From Candidatus Omnitrophota bacterium (GTDB taxonomy: Bacteria > Omnitrophota > Gorgyraeia > Zapsychrales > JANLHA01): a stretch of 64,000 nt of DNA. Below are positions 37,430 through 44,535 of this stretch, in pieces (the stretch's first letter is position 1; each line of letters starts with the position of its first letter). The notes beneath the pieces are model-generated. The model was not told where the DNA came from and did not search any database. It worked only from the letters and a program-made list of their open reading frames with translations. The stretch is taken from NCBI GenBank assembly GCA_020632555.1, contig JACKFI010000007.1, forward strand, positions 528 to 64,527, written 5' to 3'. The position numbers were made by a program, and so were the translations under genes.

Positions 37430-39535
37430 ATGAAGACAGAATCATCTGGATTAGAAAATTGTGTTTTATTCATCGAGTGGTTGGACATTCGAAGTTTGTT
37501 TTTTGATATTATTCCTTGTTTTATGAAGCAGAGGGAAAAAGTATCAAAGACTGTTTTTATTTTTGATGCTTCGTCAATAGCTTTATCAGTTGCTAGATGG
37601 TTAAGTTTTTTGTTGAAATGGAAAATTAAAATAGTTCGTTTTGAGTTGGTAGACATTCAGGATCAGAATCATTTTTCTCTGCGTCTGCGTTTGGATTATT
37701 TTGATTTGGGGATCATTCAGGACAAGATTGTTGCCAGTCGAGTTTTTCAAAATTATATTCACCATTTTAAGAATGAACAATTTCTCGGCAGCTATCTTGC
37801 CAAAGATTTGCTTGCCTTTGATCACACCAGTCTTAATCGCCACCGTCAAATTCTTCACGCTTTAACATTGATTAATGTTAGTCGTTGGTATTTGAAAGGA
37901 AAAGAAGAGCGTATCAAATTGTTTTTGAGACAAAGAGATTGGGCTGAGGTTTTGAGGGAATACGCGTGTGATTTTGATGTGGAATTAATTTTTGTCGCAG
38001 CTTTTCAAAACACGGCGTTTACTTTAAAGAAAGTTCTGCGCCAATTTTTTGCCAAATATATTCATTGGAGTATTTGGGGTTTAAGAAATTTGCAGTTCTT
38101 TTTGAGAAAGACGTCCGACGCCAACAAGTTGTCTACAAAAAGAAAATTCTTGGGAGCATCCAGGTATCAATTGGCAGTTGAGTATTATGGTCATTTGAAC
38201 TTGGACAGAATGGATACTTTTTCTGATCTGTTCTTTTTGCAGCCATCAGTGTTAAAGGGAGAAGATATCACTCTTCTTTTTAGTTTGCCGCAGGATCCTT
38301 TTGATGAGAATAAATGGCAACAATTGCAGAAACAGCATATTTCTGCCTTGGTGCGTTTTCCGCGGGCAAGCTGTTTACCTCAGGACAAGGCTCCTCTTCA
38401 TGATCCGTGGTCGGTTCCCGCAGCTTGGCATTTGAGTGGTCGTTTACCTGATAGAGAGAAAGAATCTGATGATTTTGAAATTCTCCGTAATAAAACGATA
38501 GAATATAATCGCTACTTTGGCTATTGGAAAGATCTTTTTCAAAAGGGCAATATTCGGTTATATACGCATTGGTATAAATATGATGCTGGGCATATTCCAT
38601 TGACGGATGCTTTAAGAAGTTTGGGCGGCATAACAACTTTTTATCAGCGGGCGCTGGAAACACAGTCGATGAGAGCGTTGGCTGTTGTTGCAGATGTCGT
38701 ATTTTGTTACAGTCCAAATAATTTTGCTGTAGAAAAGGAAAATCATTCGCAGATTGCGCATCAAGTCGTGACGGGATTTTTGGGAGATTTTCGTTTCCCC
38801 TATTTAAAGGAAAAGGCTGTTGAGATTGCACGACCACTGCGGCAAAAAGGTGTAAAGTGCATTATCGCGTTCTTGGATGAGAATACACTAGACGACGGGC
38901 GCTGGTTTACGGGGCATGCGTTCACACAAAAGAATTATTCTTATTTAATTGAAAAGGTTTTGCAAGATTCGCACTATGGTATTATTTTTAAACCTAAAAG
39001 TCCGGGGAATTTAATGCGTCGGCTTGGTCCGGTTGCGGGAATGATGGAAGATTTGCAAAGATGTGGCCGGGCTGTTATTTTGGGTGGTGGCTCTTTGCAA
39101 GGCATGTATCCGCCGGTTCTCGCGTCATTGGCGGCAGATTTGACCATTCATGAATGTTTGAGTGCGGGTTCTGCTGGAGTAGAGGCGGCATTGGCGGGCG
39201 CGTCAACGTTATTTCTCGATACCGAAGGATGGCCGGTGAGTCCATTTTATCAGGGAGGTCTGGGAAAAGTTGTTTTTCAAGATTGGAATTCCATGTGGCA
39301 GGCGTGTGTGGATTTCTTTGAAAAACCTCAGGCTAAAGCTAGTTTAGGAAATTGTGAACCATTCTTGGCCGCTGTAGATCCTTTTCGCGACGGGCAGGCT
39401 GCCCAGCGTATGGGCAATTATTTAAAGTGGCTGATTGATGGACTGAATTGTGGTTTACCTCGTGAAACCGTCCTAGCTGATGCCAATGAGCGATATGCGC
39501 GTCTTTGGGGAAAAGATAAAATTCATTCAATATAA
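37430..39535 (+). CDS. Hypothetical 701-aa protein; C-terminal Rossmann-like transferase-type region
   Basis: Long ORF with no TM segments. The C-terminus KCIIAFLDEN...GIIFKPKSPG...AGSAGVEAALAGASTLFLD is reminiscent of GT-B/capsule-synthesis proteins. No firm family. Confidence 0.35.
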   Translation: MKTESSGLENCVLFIEWLDIRSLFFDIIPCFMKQREKVSKTVFIFDASSIALSVARWLSFLLKWKIKIVRFELVDIQDQNHFSLRLRLDYFDLGIIQDKIVASRVFQNYIHHFKNEQFLGSYLAKDLLAFDHTSLNRHRQILHALTLINVSRWYLKGKEERIKLFLRQRDWAEVLREYACDFDVELIFVAAFQNTAFTLKKVLRQFFAKYIHWSIWGLRNLQFFLRKTSDANKLSTKRKFLGASRYQLAVEYYGHLNLDRMDTFSDLFFLQPSVLKGEDITLLFSLPQDPFDENKWQQLQKQHISALVRFPRASCLPQDKAPLHDPWSVPAAWHLSGRLPDREKESDDFEILRNKTIEYNRYFGYWKDLFQKGNIRLYTHWYKYDAGHIPLTDALRSLGGITTFYQRALETQSMRALAVVADVVFCYSPNNFAVEKENHSQIAHQVVTGFLGDFRFPYLKEKAVEIARPLRQKGVKCIIAFLDENTLDDGRWFTGHAFTQKNYSYLIEKVLQDSHYGIIFKPKSPGNLMRRLGPVAGMMEDLQRCGRAVILGGGSLQGMYPPVLASLAADLTIHECLSAGSAGVEAALAGASTLFLDTEGWPVSPFYQGGLGKVVFQDWNSMWQACVDFFEKPQAKASLGNCEPFLAAVDPFRDGQAAQRMGNYLKWLIDGLNCGLPRETVLADANERYARLWGKDKIHSI

Positions 39536-39547
39536 AAAGGAAAAATA

Positions 39548-40564
39548 ATGCCTAAGAAAACAAAATATTTAGTAACCGGCGGGGCGGGATTTATTGGCAG
39601 TAATTTTGTGCATTATCTTTATCGCCATCATCGCAATATTCAGGTGTGTGTTTTAGATAAGCTGGGATATTCGGCGAGTTTAGAAAATTTGAAGCAATAT
39701 GCTGGTCGCAGCGATTTTGAATTTATCAAAGGAAATATTTGTGATGCTAAAGTTGTCGCCAAAGCCATGGCTGGCGCGCATGTTGTGGTGAATTTCGCGG
39801 CCGAAGTGGCGGTGGATCGTTCAATTGATGATCCGCAATCTTTTTTGAAAACTGATATTTTTGGGGTGTACACTTTATTGGAAGAAGCTCGCAAACAAAA
39901 AAACCTAAAGAAGTTTATTCAAATTTCAACCGATGAAGTTTATGGACAAATTCTAAAGGGGAGTTTTCGCGAGAATTCGGAAACTTTGCCACGTAATCCT
40001 TATGCTGCTTCTAAATTAGGCGGTGAGCGAATTGCGTATAGCTTTTTTAAAACTTATGATTTGCCGGTTGTGATTACGCGCGCCGCCAACAATTATGGTC
40101 CGTCGGCTTATCCAGAAAAAGTTATTCCATTATTTATTACCAATTTAGTCGACAGCTTGCCGGTGCCGGTTTATGGTCAGGGGCGACAGATGCGTGATTG
40201 GCTGTATGTTGATGATCATTGCAGCGCGATTGATTTATTGGTCAGCAAGGGGGAAAATGGTGAAGTTTACAATGTCGGCGCCGGTGAGGAATGCACTAAT
40301 ATTGATTTGACCAAGCGAATCTTAAAATTGATGGGCAAAGATCAGTCGTTCATTAATTTTGTTGCTGATCGACCCGGGCATGATTTTCGTTACAGTTTGA
40401 GTTGTGCGAAGTTAAAAAAATTGGGTTGGCAACCGCAATACAATTTGACTGACGGGTTAAAGGCAACAGTGTTGTGGTATCAAGATAATGAAGCTTGGTG
40501 GCGGCCCTTAAAGAAAAACTTGGACCAACGTTTTGTGAAAGGATTTTGGGGAGGTAGAAAATGA
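39548..40564 (+). CDS. rfbB: dTDP-glucose 4,6-dehydratase
   Basis: YLVTGGAGFIGSNFV, ISTDEVYG, PYAASKLGGE, RPGHDFRY. Confidence 0.9.
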   Translation: MPKKTKYLVTGGAGFIGSNFVHYLYRHHRNIQVCVLDKLGYSASLENLKQYAGRSDFEFIKGNICDAKVVAKAMAGAHVVVNFAAEVAVDRSIDDPQSFLKTDIFGVYTLLEEARKQKNLKKFIQISTDEVYGQILKGSFRENSETLPRNPYAASKLGGERIAYSFFKTYDLPVVITRAANNYGPSAYPEKVIPLFITNLVDSLPVPVYGQGRQMRDWLYVDDHCSAIDLLVSKGENGEVYNVGAGEECTNIDLTKRILKLMGKDQSFINFVADRPGHDFRYSLSCAKLKKLGWQPQYNLTDGLKATVLWYQDNEAWWRPLKKNLDQRFVKGFWGGRK

Positions 40565-41307
40565 AAGGTGTTTTATTAGCCGGAGGTAGTGCTCAGCGTT
40601 TGCGGCCGTTGACCAAGGTGACCAATAAGCATCTTTTGCCGGTTTATAAAAAGCCAATGATTTATTATCCTTTAGAAACTTTGCTTAAGGCGGGCATTAA
40701 AGATATTTTGATTGTCACCGGTGGAGAACACGTGGGCGATTTTTTCCAACTGTTGGGTTCCGGCAAAGAGTGGGGCGCACATTTTAGTTATGAAATTCAG
40801 GAAGGCAATACCGGCACCGGCGCTGCTTTATTATTGGCCGAGGAGTTTGTTCGGGATCAATCATTTATGGTTATTTTGGGGGATAATGTGGTCAGTGAGG
40901 ATATCGGGAAGTTTGTGCAGAATTTTAAGAGCGAGCAAGAGAAGTTTAAAGCAAAGATTCTCATTGCCAAAGTTAAGGATCCGGAAAAATATGGTGTCGT
41001 TGAGTTTGTTGGTAAACGAATTAAAAATATCATCGAAAAACCTCGTCATCCGGTTTCTTCGTATGTTAATACCGGCTTGTGGATGTTTTTGCCGGAAGTA
41101 TTTAGCCTGTTAAAAGATTTGAAAAAAAGTCCTCGGGGTGAGTATGAAGTGACGGATGTTTTGGCGCATTATGCGCAAAGGGAAGTTTTGTCTTATTCAA
41201 TTCTCAAAGGTCCTTGGACAGATGCGGGGAGTTTTGAGTCGCTTTATAATGCAACTGTTTTGATGAAAAAGTTTGAAGATCAGCAGATAAAGAAAAATAA
41301 AACGTGA
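40561..41307 (+). CDS. Short-form sugar-1-phosphate nucleotidyl(thymidylyl)transferase (RmlA-like)
   Basis: MKGVLLAGGSAQRLRPLTKVTNKHLLPVYKKPMIYYPL, ILGDNV; 248 aa; ATGA overlap with rfbB. Confidence 0.8.
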   Translation: MKGVLLAGGSAQRLRPLTKVTNKHLLPVYKKPMIYYPLETLLKAGIKDILIVTGGEHVGDFFQLLGSGKEWGAHFSYEIQEGNTGTGAALLLAEEFVRDQSFMVILGDNVVSEDIGKFVQNFKSEQEKFKAKILIAKVKDPEKYGVVEFVGKRIKNIIEKPRHPVSSYVNTGLWMFLPEVFSLLKDLKKSPRGEYEVTDVLAHYAQREVLSYSILKGPWTDAGSFESLYNATVLMKKFEDQQIKKNKT

Positions 41308-42164
41308 ATCAGTCTGCTAAAATTCTTGTTACTGGTGCGAATGGTTTTGTCGGGCAGGCTCTTTGTCGGCGGTTGATTCATCTGGGTTATTCGGTGTTTG
41401 GTTTAGACCGAAATTCTCCGGTAATTGCGGGATTGACTCATTTTTATCAGCAGGATATCACTCAGTCTTTTACATTAAAAGAAGATTTTGACTTTGTCTT
41501 TCATCTGGCCGCGTATAATGTGACGCACGTTGGTCAACAATCTGCACACCAGTATCAAATGGTTAATGTTTTAGGCACGCAGAATGTTGTGGCCGCTGTC
41601 AAAACAGCGCATTTTGTCTTATTATCAACAACAAAAGTTTATTTGGCGCAAGGAAAAATCATTGATGAGGATGCGCCATTATTGCCTTTGCAGGAATATG
41701 AAAAAAGTAAATTAGCCGCGGAAGAGGTTTGCCGCAAAGAATTGGATAATCGCAGTTTAGTCATTCTTCGTTGTGTTAATATTGTTGGTGCAGGCCAGCC
41801 AGAGAAAGCGGTTATTCCGGTTTTGTTTAAAAAAGCCAAAGCAGGTGAAACATTAGAAATTTTTGGTCCACGATCAACGGTTTTGCAATTTTTATTTGTA
41901 GAAGATGTTGTTGACGCTTTTGTTCATTTGATTGAAAAAAACAATGTAAGTGGTGTTTACAATTTGGCGGGGTCGCAGCATATTCGTTTAGATGAATTGG
42001 CTTTTCAAATTAAAGAAATTTGTCATTCGAACAGTGAAATCCATTATAACAATGAGGATTTGGTTGAATTTTCGCAAGTGAGCAGTGCAAAAGCAGAAAA
42101 AGCATTGCATTGGCAAGCTAAAACCTCAATTCAGGAAATTTTAGCAAGTTATCAATCACCATAA
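41304..42164 (+). CDS. NAD-dependent epimerase/dehydratase-family protein (probable 4-ketoreductase)
   Basis: ILVTGANGFVGQAL, YEKSKLAAE (YxxxK). GTG start overlaps the upstream stop. Confidence 0.7.
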   Translation: MNQSAKILVTGANGFVGQALCRRLIHLGYSVFGLDRNSPVIAGLTHFYQQDITQSFTLKEDFDFVFHLAAYNVTHVGQQSAHQYQMVNVLGTQNVVAAVKTAHFVLLSTTKVYLAQGKIIDEDAPLLPLQEYEKSKLAAEEVCRKELDNRSLVILRCVNIVGAGQPEKAVIPVLFKKAKAGETLEIFGPRSTVLQFLFVEDVVDAFVHLIEKNNVSGVYNLAGSQHIRLDELAFQIKEICHSNSEIHYNNEDLVEFSQVSSAKAEKALHWQAKTSIQEILASYQSP

Positions 42165-42226
42165 AGTTGTTTTTAGCCAAAATAAGCTTATAAAAAGCAA
42201 AAATGGCAAAATAAAGGAAATTTGCT

Positions 42227-42232
42227 TATAAT
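42227..42232 (+). promoter_or_regulatory. Possible -10 box (TATAAT) for the J-like/Hsp70/kinase/FHA cassette
   Basis: TATAAT at 42227-42232 in the 129-nt gap upstream of 42294. The only -35 candidate is poor (TGGCAA at 42204-42209, 17 nt spacing). Confidence 0.3.
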
Positions 42233-42293
42233 AGCCGTTGATGGTACAAATTAAAGATATACAGATTGAATTAATCCATAGGAGATTTGAGCG

Positions 42294-44474
42294 ATGAATC
42301 TATATCAAAATAATGCATTTAGAGTTTTGGGGCTTTTAACGAATGTCACAACCGCGGAAATTATGGCGCGAGCCAATGAGATCAATGTGAAAAAATCGGT
42401 CGATTTTGATGGGGGTTATGAATATGATTTTCCTTGGCTAGGTCCGTTGGATCGCAGTGAAGAAAATATAACCAGCGCTGTTCAGCGCTTAGAAGATCCG
42501 GTGCGGCGCATTAAACAGGAATTATCTTGGTTTTGGTTACACTCGGAGAGTGATCGACAAGCGATCAAGGCTTTGACCAACCGGCAATTTAAGTCGGCGT
42601 TTGAAACGTGGGTTAAAGCCAGCGGTTTAACCATTGACCAACTTTCTGACAAAGAAATCTCCCCTTTAACGACACCAGACGCTTTAACCGCACTACATAA
42701 TCTTTTTGTGCTTTTTCAGGCCACATTATTACGTAATGAACTAAAAGCCCCGGAGGATCAGAGTATTGTGCTTTTAGAAGCTAGCGCTCAGAGTGAAAAG
42801 AATTGGGAAGTGGCTCTGAGGATTTTTAATTTTCTCCACAATAAGGAACAGTTTTGGAGTTTGGTTCAGTTGCGTATTGCCGGGATGCAAGATCGTCGGG
42901 TACAAAATATTTCCTTGGATGAGATCAAGGAAAGTGCTTTAAACAATGCTCTTTCGGCGCATTTCTTTTTGATTACCAAGGCTTTGAGTGCAAAAAATTT
43001 ATCGATGCTAGATAAGCATATTGAAATTCTTGAAAATGCGAATATGCCGATGGATTTGTATAAGTCGGGATTGAATTTAGTATTGAATTCGCGGATTGCG
43101 AATATCAATTCGCTGTGCGAAGAATTTGTTCGTGAAAGAAAAGTCGCGGAAGATAAAGGAGATGGGGCTTTATATAAAAGCCTTTTTTATAAATATCGGG
43201 ATAGCGGCCAGTCTTTGATTGAAGATTGCAAAATTGTGGATCGCAAAGGAATGACGGACTTTGTGGTCACTCGCGAAAAATATGCCAAGTCTTTTCATCA
43301 ATTATCCTGGAAATTGAATAAGTGCGGCGATGCCTTGGGCGCTTTGGAAAGCATGGGGGAAGCGTATAAGAATTTATATTCTGACGCCTTGAAGATGGAA
43401 TGTGAAAAAGATGCGGAACGGATTATGCAGGATGCGGTAGAACAGTATAGTAATGCTGTGACCAAAATGATTAGTCCTTTGCAGGGGCAAGTTCCCTTAG
43501 AAAAAGTCATCGACAGCAAAGCCCAATATTTAGACCAGGTTCGATCGGTGTTTTCCATGGGTGAAGTTTTTATGACAGATAAATTGCAAAGTTTATTGCG
43601 CGAATTGGTTGCCAAAGAACTCAAATTGATTTCCGTGGAAGTTCACAATAAGTATCAGGCTTATGAGCATGCGCAAAGTATTATGAAAGAAGCGATTGGT
43701 TGGGCGGAAGAAGCGAAGAATGACAGTTTTAAAGAAGAATTAGAAGCAATCAAAAGGCAGTGGGTCAAGGATGTTGTCGCGCCCCAGGAGGCTGCTGCTG
43801 TTGAGGCAAAGGCTAAGTCTATGCCGATTGTTCCTTGGGCGGTTGCTTTGGGTATTTGTATTGTTGTGATTGTTGTTATGAATAATGGAGTGAAGACGTC
43901 ACCCCAAATCCCTGTTCCACCGGTTGCAGTCAATACTTCAGTTTCTTCATCAGCAGAAGATCCTCTTCATTCCAATACGACGCAATCAACGCAACCAACA
44001 GCTGTTATCAATAGCCCATCTGGATTAATGAAGGCGGCGACGGTTGCGGCGGTGGTAACACCTGCTGTTTTGCCGGCATCATCGGCGCAAGCGGAAGTTG
44101 TCAGTGACAGCGGGATTATGGTGCCGGTTGAAATGCCACTTTCCGCGGTTGACAAAGAGCTGCTGGCAGAGGCGTCTAAGGTTAAAGCTGAAATTATCCA
44201 GCATAAGGAAAAAGTTCGCACAATGGAAGAAGAATTGAATTTGCGAAAGCGGGAAATAGACGTCCGGCAAGCATCCATTGATCGATTGGACAATAAAATA
44301 GGAACTAATCCAGATAGCCCGGAATACAATTTTTGGGTTAATGAACACAATGATTTGGTCCGAGAGCAAAATCAAGCTTTAGAAATGTCTAAAGAAATGT
44401 ATAAAGATTATCAGATAGAATTTAAGCGTCAGCAAGATTTGATTACATCTTACAATGAACGTTTTGCGCGGTAG
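42294..44474 (+). CDS. Membrane-anchored coiled-coil protein with an N-terminal J-like domain lacking the HPD motif
   Basis: The N-terminus NAFRVLGLLTNVTTAEIMARANEI...AVQRLEDPVRRIKQEL follows the J-domain helix I/II/III/IV pattern, but no HPD is present. Single TM PIVPWAVALGICIVVIVVM at about aa 511-531. It is followed by an S/T/P/A-rich linker and a heptad-rich C-terminus (EKVRTMEEELNLRKREIDVRQASIDRLDNK). AGGAG RBS. Confidence 0.6.
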   Translation: MNLYQNNAFRVLGLLTNVTTAEIMARANEINVKKSVDFDGGYEYDFPWLGPLDRSEENITSAVQRLEDPVRRIKQELSWFWLHSESDRQAIKALTNRQFKSAFETWVKASGLTIDQLSDKEISPLTTPDALTALHNLFVLFQATLLRNELKAPEDQSIVLLEASAQSEKNWEVALRIFNFLHNKEQFWSLVQLRIAGMQDRRVQNISLDEIKESALNNALSAHFFLITKALSAKNLSMLDKHIEILENANMPMDLYKSGLNLVLNSRIANINSLCEEFVRERKVAEDKGDGALYKSLFYKYRDSGQSLIEDCKIVDRKGMTDFVVTREKYAKSFHQLSWKLNKCGDALGALESMGEAYKNLYSDALKMECEKDAERIMQDAVEQYSNAVTKMISPLQGQVPLEKVIDSKAQYLDQVRSVFSMGEVFMTDKLQSLLRELVAKELKLISVEVHNKYQAYEHAQSIMKEAIGWAEEAKNDSFKEELEAIKRQWVKDVVAPQEAAAVEAKAKSMPIVPWAVALGICIVVIVVMNNGVKTSPQIPVPPVAVNTSVSSSAEDPLHSNTTQSTQPTAVINSPSGLMKAATVAAVVTPAVLPASSAQAEVVSDSGIMVPVEMPLSAVDKELLAEASKVKAEIIQHKEKVRTMEEELNLRKREIDVRQASIDRLDNKIGTNPDSPEYNFWVNEHNDLVREQNQALEMSKEMYKDYQIEFKRQQDLITSYNERFAR

Positions 44475-44535
44475 TTTAGAAACTTCTGTGGAAAAGAATT
44501 CAGTCTAGTGATCTTTTTTATATTAAGGTTGATTT

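Noticed and set aside
40712-41113. Nested + strand alternative-frame ORFs (133 aa here; also 5916-6155, 54955-55245, 60080-60331 and 34310-34597)
   Set aside because: They are out of frame within genes that have strong homology signatures. They have no RBS and no motifs.
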